DNA of 63,159 nt, filler included, from Vannella sp. (GCA_023345925.1; 6 parts of 6 records of this genome joined end to end with filler, not necessarily neighbours in it); one strand, 5' to 3'; shown: positions 46,514 through 57,451, numbered from the whole stretch's first letter. Notes: generated from the sequence alone by a model not told the origin. Program-made: numbers and translations.

Positions 46514-49500
46514 ATGATCTTGGACAAGGTCCTGCTGGTAGCGGCCTTGTGGATTGTTCTTTGCTGTGGTTATCACGCGAATGAGGACGTTAGTCAGAAA
46601 GACATGCGAGGGATCGAGATTGCTCCAGAGAGCGGAGTCCGGATTGGAGACGTGGCCTTGCCGTCACAGTCTGCGCTCGTGGACATTGCGGAGGGAAACT
46701 TACCTTCATCAGTCTCTCATCCTCAGAGAAAGATCGACGAAAGCGTTATCGGAGCGATTCTGACTCCTGGAGATCAAGAAGAGGAGATGGAACCTCCTGT
46801 TTCTTCTCTTATGAAGGCTGTGGCTCCATCGAGGCGGTTGAGAAGTAACACACCAACCAGTACCTCTTTTTCATTGACACTGACTGTGTCCACGTCTCTC
46901 TCCGTCACCACAACTTTCACTCCATCAGAGGCAATCTCTCCAAAGAAGCTTCCACTAGCATCCTCCCAGATAGGAACACCATCACTCACTCTATCTCTTT
47001 CAGAAAGCCTGAGCTCAACCTTTTCCCCCTCTCAGAGCGCGAGTCCAACCCAATCTCTTTCCGAGAGCACCAGCTCAACTCCCTCTCTCTCCGAGAGCGC
47101 AAGCCCGACTCCATCTCTCTCCGAGAGTGCGAGCTCATCCTCATCTCTTTCCGAGAGTACGAGTTCAACCTTGTCACCCTCTGAGAGCGCCACTTTAAGT
47201 TGCACTCCAAGCGCCAGTCCAGCTCCTATCGCATCAGCGGCAGAGTTCTGGGTGAATCCGCGTTCTACCAACACTACCGAGTGTCCCCCTCAGTGTGGGG
47301 ACACTTCCGAATGCGCTTGTCCTGCAATTGCAGACGCTTTGGCGCGGATCGATCCTCGTTCTCCTGCCCCCTTCGAGATCAACCTTGCACCAGGGGTCTA
47401 CAGTGGACCTGGTAACATCAACCTCAAACTGCCAGGGGACGTTCGTGGCCAGATCACCATCCAAACGCTTGGAGAGACGGCCATCATCCAATGTCAACGA
47501 ATCGTTGATAGCGGCTTCATCATTCCGCTGAATAGTGTGGGTGGGACCTACACCATACGGAACATTCAGTTCCAAGTGTGCGGGACTGGGCTTGGCACAG
47601 TCAGCAAAGCTTTGCTTCTTCAAACGGGCGCCAATTTGACAGCTGAGAATGTCCACTTTGGAGGAAAGATAGAAATCCAGGAGCTTTCCAGGTTCCAGTG
47701 TAACTCTTGTATATTTGGTGAGCTTGAGACCCTCTCTGGGGAGGCAGGAGGACCTACAGAGTCCACTTTACCTGTGTTTGACCAAAGTTTTCTGAATGTT
47801 AAGAACGGGAGTGTTGTCTTGTTCGAGAGTTGTCTCTTCCAATCTATTCAAACTCGCTCTCTGGTACAGAACTATATCATTGCGGGAGTGCAATTGCACA
47901 ACACAATAGCAACCTTTTCTCGATGTAACTTTACTGATAATGTTTCCGATGGCCGCTCGGATTACTCTGCCTCTTGTATTTACACGACGGGAGATCCTGA
48001 CCTCCTTCAATATCCTCCTTTAGTGCTTGTGGGCTGCTTCTTTGAAAGGAATACCGGCTCTGCTGTGGTTTTAGTGGAAGACCAAGTGTCAGTCATAGAA
48101 ACTACCACCTTCCAAGACCACAAGAAGGGTAGCATTTATGTTAGCTATGGGTGTTTCTCTTTAATGGAGTCGAATACCTTCATCCGGAACTCTGATTTTG
48201 CGTATGCTTCCGTTCTTTTGCTTTCTTCACGTTCAAGTGCGATCAGCTCCTCCGTGACAGTGATGAAATATGGTCTTTTTGCTTCAAACATCAATATCGC
48301 AGGTGTTGGAGGTGCTATTTACCTTGACTCAGGATCTTTGGATGTCTTTGAGTGCAACTTTACCTTTAACCGTGCACGTAAGGGAGGCGCCATTTATGCA
48401 GGTCCCTTCTTACCCAATAGTCGAGCATTACCGGCTCATACGGACTCAAAAGATCGCCCAGAGTCGGTGAATAAGACGCTCATCGTCAGGAGCAGCCATT
48501 TCGAATCCAACTCAGCTGGAGTGGGTGGTGGTGCTCTGTTAGTGGAAGGGAGTGTGGCGAAGCTGCTGATAGTGGATACATACTTTACAGCCAACACTCT
48601 ATCGAGTGGAGAGGGCGCTGCTTGTAACTTCATACTGCCCATTGTTGGAAGTGGTGGTGTCGACCTGAGCAACTGCACCTTCTCCCGCAATGCAGCGAAT
48701 AGTGGCTACGGTGGGGCGATTCATCTCGCTGGTAATGGCGACCTTTCCCAAAACATCTTTGAGGACAATTCGGCCAAGTCTGCAGGAGCGTTGCTGTTTG
48801 ATAATGGAAACGTGACGGCCTACCAAAACTTGTTCCACCAGAATATGGCGGAAGTTGGTGGTGCTGTGGCAGTCGGTGGACAAAGCACTGGCCTGTTTGT
48901 TGATAACCAGTGGATTGGTAATCAGGCTACTTCGAGTGGTGGCGCGCTTTATGGTGGAGGTCAATCGCGCATCACCTTTATCGGTGAAAACTTTACCCTC
49001 AATATCGCTGACTCTGTAGGAGGTGCTCTCACACTAGCAGAGAGATCCAACTGTACTTTTCAGCTTTGTCAAGTCACTTACTCTCGAACCACCGGGTCAG
49101 GAGCAGTCACTTGCATGGGCGATAGTTCCCCAACATTTGAGGGATGCTTTATCACAAACAATCTCGCTACCCAAGAGGGAGGAGGCGTTTATATCCAAGA
49201 TAATGCCGACCCAACATTCGTTGGGTGCCATATCTCGGAAAACACTTGCTATACCGCTGCAGGCGGAATCGTAGCCTCAGAGAATGCTCGTGGACACTTT
49301 GAGGGCTGTTTTATTGAAGAGAATAGTGCAGACAACAACGGTGGTGGTTTGAAAGCGAACGGAAACTCGACCACAAGCTTTAATAAGTGCTCAATCTCCC
49401 ACAATACTGCGGCAGGTGATGGCGGCGGTGCCAGTGTTGAGGATCAGTCACGGGCAACTTTCACCAATGGGTTCTTCCTCAACAATACGGCTACATCAGC

Positions 49501-52500
49501 AGGTGGAGGGTTTGCCGCCCATGGTTCATCAACAGCACAGTTCAAGAACATGACAATCCATAGGAATATTGCTTTCAGCCACGGAGGAGGCTGTGCCTTC
49601 CAAGATCGCTCTGCAGTTCTTGTAGAAGACTGTTTAGTGCAAGAGAATGCTAGTCCAGTGAATGGTGGTGGAATTGTAGCAATGGACTTGACCGAGTCTA
49701 CCGTCAGAGCGACTAGAATCAGAAATAACTTCGCTTCCTCAAACGGTGGAGGCATTATGATCATTAGCTTCGCCAAATTGCAAGTCAAAGACTGCTCAAT
49801 TGCCAACAACACTGCTGGAAGTAAGGGAGGAGGTATTCAGATGGCTAATTACTGCCAGCCTTCGATATTCAACTCTATCATTGCTGATAACACCGCCACT
49901 AATGGAGCAGGCATTGCCCAGAGCAACACCGCTTCTCCGAGTGTCATCCAATCGTTTATCAACAACAATATTGCTGACTCCCAAGGCGGTGGTGTTCTTT
50001 TGGAGGACTACACCGCTGGCTTATACGAGGGAACTCAAATACGAGGGAACGTCGCGGCGAGTGGGTCAGGAGCAGGTGTGATAGCACTAGATTACGCCCG
50101 GAGTAACTTTACTTCTTGTTCAATCGAGTACAATGACGCCACTACGAGTGGCGGAGGCGTCCAAACGACTTCCTACGCTACCCCATCCTTCTTTAACACC
50201 CAAATCATCTACAATTCGGTGCGGACTAGTGGAGGAGGGGGTTTGGCTTCTTCAGGCACTTCTGAGCCATCTTTTGTGTTGTGCACTTTCTCAGGTAATA
50301 TTGCGGAGGCTGGCGGAGGCATTTGGGTTGGCCAAGGCAGTCGAACAATCCTGGTCAACTCCACTGTCAGTGGAAATACTGCTCGCACTCGTGGAGGTGG
50401 AGTGTTCCTCCAGTCAGGCTCAAATGTAGCTATCGCTGGAGAAACAGTCATCTCTACAAATAACGCTGTGCAAGGAGGAGGAATGTTCAGCGATGCTCGC
50501 TCTCTTGGGCACATTAGTTCTGCCACCTTCAGGGACAACGTTGCAAATCTAGATGGAGGAGGAGTCTACCTTTCTTGTAGCAGTACCACGTTTGAATCAC
50601 CCAGATTTATCAACAATAACGCTCAAAATGGTGGCGGAATGTGTATTGAAAGCTGTCCAATCACTTTCTCCTTGCCTTTCATCAATGCGGGGCTCTTTCA
50701 GGGCAACATTGCGGAGCGTGGGGGTGGCCTGTTCATTGCACCGGACACTGGAACAACTACTTGCGCTCCACAGCCATTATTAATGTCTCCCAGTTCCTTC
50801 GAGTTGCTCTTAACTGCTAATGGAGCCAATTATACTTGTCTGGATTGCTCATTCACAAACAACCGCGCTTCTCTTGGGGCCGGAATCTTCCTTGGAGTGC
50901 AAACGTTCCCAGTGACCTTCGGCCCAACTGTCACATTCAGCAACAATCTTGCCTCTCAGATTGGTGGCGGTGCCTTCATGCTAGATCCTTCCGTAAAGCC
51001 AGGCCCTGCATGGCTAGTTGGCGCTTCATTCCACCAAAACAATGCAATCTGGGCGGGGAGCACCGTTGGGTTCTCCTCAGTACCTCCCGGTGTTTCAGAA
51101 GACGACATTAGTGTCTTCTGCCAAGACTGTGAATTTGGGCCTGATAACACTGTAGGGACTTTCAATACTGCTGGCTATCAGACTTCTAATGGCTTTGCAA
51201 CTCCGCCTGTCAATGCTTCCTTTGAATCATCCAATCCTTGTCCTGATGTTATCCAGATTATTGATAACTCATTTGACATTGGCTTGATCCTTCTAGATCA
51301 GTTTGGGACGATTGTACGCGGGAAAATCTTCGAAGCTTTCCCTTATGTCTATGATGTGACGGTGGCTGACTCCGAGGTCGTTTGCAGCCTTTCAGTAGAG
51401 AACTCTTCGCGTACCCTGACCTCCCAGGGGACAGCTATTTTCCAAAATGTGACGTTGCAGGGAAGCCAAAATAACCCGTGCACTCTCCAGTTCTTCCCCA
51501 CAAGCTCTCCTGTTGGAGAGCCAGTTCTTCCAGTGCAGTGCATTGTGACTTTGAAGGGCTGTCCGACGGATATGCACCTTGAAGGAAAAGGGAATTCTCA
51601 ATTTGATACCTGCGTGGACAACACGGGTATCTCTTTAGTGTCCACTGTAGCCTTGACAATCTTCCTCCTCCTCCTCTTGCTTGTTCTCATCCTCATCTTC
51701 TGTTATTGTCTCTTCGCGGTTCACCGCCAACAGACAGGAAGGTCGAATCGCTTTGTTGGATTCCTTCCAGACTTTGACCGAGGTCAAATGGTGACTATCT
51801 ACGACATCCTCAATGACCCGCAAATACCGAACATACCTTGGCAAGAGATTAACAAGTACGAGCGCATCGGCATCGGTGGGTCTGGCATTGTCTGGCGCGG
51901 GGAATGGCGCAATCCCAAGGGAGAATCGCGACCGGTAGCGCTCAAACAGCTCTTATTTGGGATTGAAAACATCACAGAGAAGCTGGTCAATGAATTCATG
52001 CGGGAAATCAAGCTAATGAGTGCCTTACGGCACGAGAATGTGGTCCAATTCTTGGGTGTCAGCGTCTCTAACATGAACGAGGAGCTCTACCTGGTCACCG
52101 AACTAATGCAAAACGGCTCTCTTTCAGACTTGTTCTCACGAAAGCGCTTTAACATGCCCTGGTCCCTGCGCCTCCGTCTCATCCAAGACGCCGCCGGCGG
52201 GATGGCTTATTTGCATTCTCGCAATCTCATTCATCGCGACCTCAAGTCCCAGAACCTTCTCGTGAACGAACAGTGGATCTGCAAGATTGCGGACTTTGGT
52301 ATTTCCACCATTAAGCCGGCTGCGGAGAAGACTATGACGTGCATTGGCACGCCCGTCTACATGGCGCCGGAAGTCATCGGCAACAACAAGTACTCTGAGA
52401 AGGCGGATATCTTCTCGTTTGGAGTGCTCCTTGTGGAGGCGTACACTCTCAGACCGCCTTATTCCGAACCCATCTTTGAGGAGATGACTCAGGCTCAGTT

Positions 52501-52849
52501 GATGTACCGCATTTGCCACCAGAACTTGCGTCCACCTACAGAGGGACTTCCCATTCCTCTGGCACAGCTTGTGGAAGAGTGTTGGAATGCTATTCCGGAG
52601 ATGAGACCGTCCTTCCCTGAGATTATCATTCGATTGCACCGTTTGGAGACTTTGATAGTGCCCGAAGAGGGTGGCTCTGGCCACACTGTGGTTCTTGGAG
52701 AACTGGTACCACATCGTAACGTTCATACGTATACTACCTTCCATGAGATGATCGCTCCTGAGGCTCCTCCAGAGATTGTGGTTGTAGTCCCTCGAGAGGA
52801 CGGCCAAGTCGACCTTCCTGACACCCACTCAGATCGATCTGACCAGTGA
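46514..52849 (+). CDS. Receptor kinase: signal peptide, Ser/Thr stalk, Pmp-like beta-helix repeats, TM, TKL kinase (single exon)
   Basis: Many FxxN/GG[AG][ILV] repeats; TM LTIFLLLLLLVLILIFCYCLFAV; GIGGSGIV, VALK, HRDLKSQN, DFG, GTPVYMAPE. Confidence 0.9.
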   Translation: MILDKVLLVAALWIVLCCGYHANEDVSQKDMRGIEIAPESGVRIGDVALPSQSALVDIAEGNLPSSVSHPQRKIDESVIGAILTPGDQEEEMEPPVSSLMKAVAPSRRLRSNTPTSTSFSLTLTVSTSLSVTTTFTPSEAISPKKLPLASSQIGTPSLTLSLSESLSSTFSPSQSASPTQSLSESTSSTPSLSESASPTPSLSESASSSSSLSESTSSTLSPSESATLSCTPSASPAPIASAAEFWVNPRSTNTTECPPQCGDTSECACPAIADALARIDPRSPAPFEINLAPGVYSGPGNINLKLPGDVRGQITIQTLGETAIIQCQRIVDSGFIIPLNSVGGTYTIRNIQFQVCGTGLGTVSKALLLQTGANLTAENVHFGGKIEIQELSRFQCNSCIFGELETLSGEAGGPTESTLPVFDQSFLNVKNGSVVLFESCLFQSIQTRSLVQNYIIAGVQLHNTIATFSRCNFTDNVSDGRSDYSASCIYTTGDPDLLQYPPLVLVGCFFERNTGSAVVLVEDQVSVIETTTFQDHKKGSIYVSYGCFSLMESNTFIRNSDFAYASVLLLSSRSSAISSSVTVMKYGLFASNINIAGVGGAIYLDSGSLDVFECNFTFNRARKGGAIYAGPFLPNSRALPAHTDSKDRPESVNKTLIVRSSHFESNSAGVGGGALLVEGSVAKLLIVDTYFTANTLSSGEGAACNFILPIVGSGGVDLSNCTFSRNAANSGYGGAIHLAGNGDLSQNIFEDNSAKSAGALLFDNGNVTAYQNLFHQNMAEVGGAVAVGGQSTGLFVDNQWIGNQATSSGGALYGGGQSRITFIGENFTLNIADSVGGALTLAERSNCTFQLCQVTYSRTTGSGAVTCMGDSSPTFEGCFITNNLATQEGGGVYIQDNADPTFVGCHISENTCYTAAGGIVASENARGHFEGCFIEENSADNNGGGLKANGNSTTSFNKCSISHNTAAGDGGGASVEDQSRATFTNGFFLNNTATSAGGGFAAHGSSTAQFKNMTIHRNIAFSHGGGCAFQDRSAVLVEDCLVQENASPVNGGGIVAMDLTESTVRATRIRNNFASSNGGGIMIISFAKLQVKDCSIANNTAGSKGGGIQMANYCQPSIFNSIIADNTATNGAGIAQSNTASPSVIQSFINNNIADSQGGGVLLEDYTAGLYEGTQIRGNVAASGSGAGVIALDYARSNFTSCSIEYNDATTSGGGVQTTSYATPSFFNTQIIYNSVRTSGGGGLASSGTSEPSFVLCTFSGNIAEAGGGIWVGQGSRTILVNSTVSGNTARTRGGGVFLQSGSNVAIAGETVISTNNAVQGGGMFSDARSLGHISSATFRDNVANLDGGGVYLSCSSTTFESPRFINNNAQNGGGMCIESCPITFSLPFINAGLFQGNIAERGGGLFIAPDTGTTTCAPQPLLMSPSSFELLLTANGANYTCLDCSFTNNRASLGAGIFLGVQTFPVTFGPTVTFSNNLASQIGGGAFMLDPSVKPGPAWLVGASFHQNNAIWAGSTVGFSSVPPGVSEDDISVFCQDCEFGPDNTVGTFNTAGYQTSNGFATPPVNASFESSNPCPDVIQIIDNSFDIGLILLDQFGTIVRGKIFEAFPYVYDVTVADSEVVCSLSVENSSRTLTSQGTAIFQNVTLQGSQNNPCTLQFFPTSSPVGEPVLPVQCIVTLKGCPTDMHLEGKGNSQFDTCVDNTGISLVSTVALTIFLLLLLLVLILIFCYCLFAVHRQQTGRSNRFVGFLPDFDRGQMVTIYDILNDPQIPNIPWQEINKYERIGIGGSGIVWRGEWRNPKGESRPVALKQLLFGIENITEKLVNEFMREIKLMSALRHENVVQFLGVSVSNMNEELYLVTELMQNGSLSDLFSRKRFNMPWSLRLRLIQDAAGGMAYLHSRNLIHRDLKSQNLLVNEQWICKIADFGISTIKPAAEKTMTCIGTPVYMAPEVIGNNKYSEKADIFSFGVLLVEAYTLRPPYSEPIFEEMTQAQLMYRICHQNLRPPTEGLPIPLAQLVEECWNAIPEMRPSFPEIIIRLHRLETLIVPEEGGSGHTVVLGELVPHRNVHTYTTFHEMIAPEAPPEIVVVVPREDGQVDLPDTHSDRSDQ
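46985..47225 (+). repeat. Degenerate 30-nt coding tandem repeat (SPTPSLSESA-like)
   Basis: Recurrent TCTCT(C/T)TCCGAGAG units encoding a mucin-like stalk. Confidence 0.75.
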
Positions 52850-52881
52850 ACAGACCGCATATTGGTACATAAAGACATAAT

Positions 52882-53811
52882 CTATTCCTCTTCGGTGAGT
52901 GGGAAGGTGGCAGCAGCCAAACAATCGACCCAATCCTCCGTTTCCTCGATAGTTTCTGTGCCAAAGATAAAGCGCTCCTTGTCAGTGAGCACCATGAAGC
53001 ATACATAGTCCAGCTCTCCGTCTGGATACTCCACTTCCACTACATCACACTCCACAAAGACCATCTGGCCATAAGGGTGCTTGTCCGAATGGGATCGGTA
53101 CTTGTACAGCACGTTGTCCCGCAGCACGGCCCAAAAGGGCTTGAATCGACCATTCTGAAGCTTGTGCAGATATCCCATCTTCCCAAGGTCAAGCTTGACG
53201 TACGCTTGACCGTCTGAGCCGAGGACAAGATCTTCGCGGTTCTCTGTTGTCTTGATCTCGCACAGGAACGGTTCAATCAGGTCACAGTGCCCTACTTCTG
53301 GGTGCCTAAGAACCTCTCGGAACCAGGAGCTGAGCATCTGATGGCGGGAGGCGATGAGTTCAGGTGTCATGTTGCCGAGGATCTTCTTCGGCGGGAACTT
53401 GCGTCCGATGGCACCAGGGAAGGTAGATTTGATCTAAGTAAGGTTACATCTTATGAATTGAACCTTAATGGAGGGCGGAAGCTGATGGTACCTTCTCTTT
53501 GAGGGAGTGAAACTCGCTGTAGCGCCTTAAGGTCCCCCAGCTCTCTCCCTGGGCATTGGCAACGCGAAGGCGATACGTCTGCATCATGTAAATCATAGTA
53601 AGTAAGATGATGAGGCTTCTAGGCGCCATTCGTGGGCCCTACGTACAGTGAAAGGCTTCCCTTTGGCCACTTTGACGAACTTGCTTCCCAGAATCAGCAC
53701 GCAGAACCCACATCCCTCTCTAGGCACCACACTGTCACTTTCTGACAGTGCGGCGTACCCCAGCTGCTTCAACTGTGCCCCTGACAGAGTACATTGAGGA
53801 ACTCCGCTCAT
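52882..53811 (-). CDS. PX + PH domain protein
   Basis: PX: LRRYSEFHSL, FPPKKILGN, RHQMLSSW. PH: KMGYLHK..FKPFWAVLRDNVLYKY...ETEDWVDCL. Confidence 0.85.
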
Positions 53812-53989
53812 TCGACAAGTCCCCCAAAGAATGGCCCTTCTTGAGGAGCCAGAGGCTGTATGCGGTAAGTCCCCTTCAACTTCTCCTTACAGAGGAGCTC
53901 TGGCTTCTTTAGAGCCTCGAGGAACGGAGGGGAGACGGCGCAAACCAGGATGGGAGCCTTCCTTCGCGTTTAGTGGATTGTGGTGGGGA

Positions 53990-55224
53990 TTAGGCGGTCA
54001 GTGCCTTATCAAGTCTATCTGAAGGTGCTGCACCAGGCGCTGTACGCTTTAGACCAGCCAACATAGCTTTGGTTCGTTGGTTATCCCGAAGGATCTGATC
54101 GAAGTACTGGGCGCGCGTCTCCCTGTGGGCTTCGGCAGCATCGTGTCCGCTAAAGCGAGAGAGGATTGTTCGCACATCAGATTGGACTGGGTTGTGGTTC
54201 CGCACGACGTCTAGAGGAAGCGTAAGTTCGAGTGGGGACCTTGCGGAGACTCTCTCACATTGCAGGAACACGAAAGTGTCCAACAGCGCCATGTCATCGT
54301 CATCGCCATCCCAGGACTGTAAGAAGAGAGCGTTTCGAGGCTGGTAGGCCGCGTGAGAAGGAGTGCTGGTCACCAGTATGATGTTGTGGAGAGGGCGGTT
54401 CAAGCGTGAGAGGTCCTTTACTGCCTCTCCTCCCTTCAGTGTGCAGTCAGAGAAGTGCAGAACGGAGTGGAAGCAAGGACTCTGCTTGTCCAGCTTTTCG
54501 ATCCATTCCATTGCTCGCTACAGACCATCAGAACTCTTCCAAACATCCTCGAAGCGATAGAAACACATACGTAGTCATCAATAGAGGACCAAAGGACCAC
54601 TTCGCAGAGCATAGAGAGCTCCTCGATGAAGACGTCCATGTGAGGGCGGAGTTGAGGGCGCTTCACTCCGTCTGGCTTTACCAGACGGTGAGAAGGGCAA
54701 GGGAAGACCGAAATCACGTACCTCTTGGTGTAAAAGAAGAAGATCTTTGAGATCGATGACGACAGTGAAGTGGGCGGTCGGGGAAGAGGGCAAAAGGGAT
54801 GTCCTGGACCACAGTTGGGGGTTGTTGTATTTCTTAAAGGACGTGTTAGATGAACAGAGAGAGGTAGAGGCTTGGAGGAGCGTACAAAGTAGAGCATGTC
54901 GAAGTAATCGCTAATCTGCTGGGAAGTGCGAGAGAAAGAGCCTTTTGTGTTCAACTGGTAGATCCAAAAGCCTCCAACTCCCAGAAAGCTAAGCGCTCCA
55001 AGGATCAGTGACACTGGCAGGCCCCCTCCAACCGCTTCAGCAGGCACTGGCTTAAAGAAATTCTCCGGCGTGACAACGTTCGCCTCCGGTACCGGAGGAG
55101 GAGCCTTCTTTCCACCCACAGACGCCACAGTCTTCTTCTTCTCCTTCAACTGATCAACAAACCTCCGACTGGCCACTCTCTGAGCCCAACAAGCCCTCCC
55201 CAAAGACCGACCCGCTCGCAGCAT
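53990..55224 (-). CDS. TIM50: Mitochondrial import subunit TIM50-like (TM + NIF/FCP1-like domain)
   Basis: Arg-rich presequence; one TM; TVVIDLKDLL, RPHMDVFIEEL, KDLSRLNRPLHNII, QPRNAL..WDG, DVRTIL. Confidence 0.8.
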
Positions 55225-55332
55225 CTCCAAAAGCTTATAAAATGCAAGAAAAAGCCAAAAACATATTCAATTCAACCCCTTACACTAAGAAGGGCTCTGA
55301 GAGGGTTTAGGGTTTAGGGTTGGTGAGTTGGG

Positions 55333-55842
55333 TTAGTTGCAAAGGAAGGCCAATTCCATCTTGTTGGCTGTTTCAGGTGAGCTCTCTTCGGATACATTCC
55401 AGTCCTTCTCAAGGTGGCTGTTACTGCTGTAAAGGGCAGAGGGGGGAGGAGGAGGTTGTTCGCCTCGTTCGCAGTAGAGGACGGTGGAGGAAAGGGAAGA
55501 TCCTCGGAAGAGGCAGATATGCCAGAGCTTGTAGCGCGGTGCACGTTCTATTAAGTCATTATCTTTGCGGGGAATGAGCTTCGTGAAGATCACTCGTAAC
55601 CTCTCAGAGGCTTCTCCGATGCAAAGTTCACTTTTCTTCCGCGACTGGTTCCACCTCCATCCTCTTCCTGTTGGTATAGTTTGGACTCGTAATAGTTGCT
55701 TGTAATGGAGAATCGCTCCCTCGGTGAAGACGGAAGATGCGACGGTGCTGGGACTCACTCCAAACACCAAAGTTTGTTTCACGTGATTGTACACTCGCAC
55801 TTCTTCTCTTTTGATGGCTGGGATGATGCCGGTGACGCTCAT
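55333..55842 (-). CDS. Small hypothetical protein, possible DNA-binding domain
   Basis: Single ORF of about 169 aa with GRGWRWNQSRKK, KLIPRK, PRYKLW, VLYCERG and terminal KMELAFLCN. Confidence 0.6.
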   Translation of the reverse strand: MSVTGIIPAIKREEVRVYNHVKQTLVFGVSPSTVASSVFTEGAILHYKQLLRVQTIPTGRGWRWNQSRKKSELCIGEASERLRVIFTKLIPRKDNDLIERAPRYKLWHICLFRGSSLSSTVLYCERGEQPPPPPSALYSSNSHLEKDWNVSEESSPETANKMELAFLCN

Positions 55843-56106
55843 GAATGGGGCTGGGGTAAGCAAAAATGGGTCCTTCCCCTGCGCAGTAGGAAGTCCGAAA
55901 ACTTTATTTGAATAATCAGAATCGGGCTTTTTATGGACTTCATTGTTCCATGAAAAGTGCTCGATCGAGTCCTACTTCCCAGAATGTTGAATTGTGGCCT
56001 TTTTTTTTCCTTTCTGAGGTCTTTGCCTCAATTTAGACGAGAAGTTCCCTTGCACGAGCGCTTTATTGCGTGCAACGTCCAGAGAACGGCAAGAAAGAAG
56101 AGTGAA

Positions 56107-57330
56107 TTAAGAAAAAAAAAGAACGGAGAAGGACAAGAAGAGCAAAGAGGCGGACCAGAAAGTTGTTGAAGCGGCCGAGTTGTCAGGAGCATCGACCAAT
56201 TGGTTCTGGTTCCGAATGCCCTTCCAGTAGCCTTGAACACAATGGCAGTTAAACACAAACTCAGGAATCCTGTCTTCGATCTGGCACTCCGTTGGGCACG
56301 GGAGGAACGTTGGTGAGGAGCTCCAATGGACATACTCTCCGCTTGATGGGAACTGACTGGGTGGTAATAGACTTGGTAGAAGACTGACCGTATCTACTTG
56401 TCCAGTAGCCTCATTCTTCAGAACGAACCGCTGGAAGGGGGAAATAATCGAGGCCTGACTGGCAAGCTTTGCGTTCCCGACTTGCGGGCTTCCCCACGTG
56501 ATAAGACGCAGAGATAGCTTTGGCAAGCGCGATGCCATATCCAGGGCTTGCAACTGGGCCAGAGCTGATCCTTGAGAGTGCCCTGTAACGATAACGCGGC
56601 GGATGAAGGAACGGTTGTTGGAGGAAAGTTTGCTGTTTTCGGTTACCAAGCGGATCCATTCGTCGGATTGACTTCGTTTGTAAGCCGTTGCAAAGCCACT
56701 ATGTACCAAACAACCAGTAGGATCGTCCAATTGAGGGAGAAACTGTCCACACTCCACCAACAAACCAAGATTGTCAGCAGCGTCGGCCGCATTGCCCTGC
56801 ACCGTTCCTCTCCACGTGATATACAGAGTGTGACTTCGTGAACCAAGATAGCCCGCCACAAAGTCCGCTTCTTTCTTGACGGCGTAGACAGTTGTCCAGT
56901 CCTCTCCACAAAGGCCTTTGTACTTGACCTCCCCTTGCTCGTAGTTGTCGAACACTTCCAAGCTGAACCAGGCAGAAAGAAGCTCTTCGTTGCACGAGAG
57001 ACTGGAAGAGGTACGCACGCTTTGCCACTCGCTGAAGCCAAGGCCAACGTCCAAACGGTACTCATACAAAGTGTCCGGGCGGGTTTTCGCCACGACTAGG
57101 TCGTAGGTTGGGAGGCTGGTAGTACCAGTAGAGTAGAGAGTCGATACACGCTGGGATCCTGACACAGTACGATACTCCAATCGCACTTTGGATTCTTCAG
57201 TCCGAGGAACCGTCTCCACCCACCGCACCTTGAACATCGTATCCGCCACGTTCGCCTCTTTGAATGTAAAGCCAACATCTGCAGCCACCAACACCACAAG
57301 GCAAAGCACCACAACAGCAGCCTTGTTCAT
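56107..57330 (-). CDS. Secreted, probably GPI-anchored class 3 lipase with FN3-like N-terminal domain
   Basis: Signal peptide; KVRW...LEYR...TRPDTLYEYRL; ITWRGT, VHSGF, VTGHSQG, TWGSPQVGN, DTVSLLP; hydrophobic C-terminus. Confidence 0.85.
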   Translation of the reverse strand: MNKAAVVVLCLVVLVAADVGFTFKEANVADTMFKVRWVETVPRTEESKVRLEYRTVSGSQRVSTLYSTGTTSLPTYDLVVAKTRPDTLYEYRLDVGLGFSEWQSVRTSSSLSCNEELLSAWFSLEVFDNYEQGEVKYKGLCGEDWTTVYAVKKEADFVAGYLGSRSHTLYITWRGTVQGNAADAADNLGLLVECGQFLPQLDDPTGCLVHSGFATAYKRSQSDEWIRLVTENSKLSSNNRSFIRRVIVTGHSQGSALAQLQALDMASRLPKLSLRLITWGSPQVGNAKLASQASIISPFQRFVLKNEATGQVDTVSLLPSLLPPSQFPSSGEYVHWSSSPTFLPCPTECQIEDRIPEFVFNCHCVQGYWKGIRNQNQLVDAPDNSAASTTFWSASLLFLSFSVLFFS

Positions 57331-57451
57331 AAGGACGGCAAAGAATAAGAACCGACCGCCCATTTATTGCGACATTATTATACAATGTTCCGTTCCTCCG
57401 GAGAGTTGAACTGTTCCGATGGTCCGTGGCATTATTGCATCTTTAAGAGAT

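Noticed and set aside
46985..47225. Periodic repeats as a CRISPR-like array
   Set aside because: Degenerate in-frame coding repeats with no unique spacers and no cas genes.
3193..57330. Lipid-metabolism cluster (AGMO, MAG lipase, class 3 lipase)
   Set aside because: The three genes lie on different contigs.
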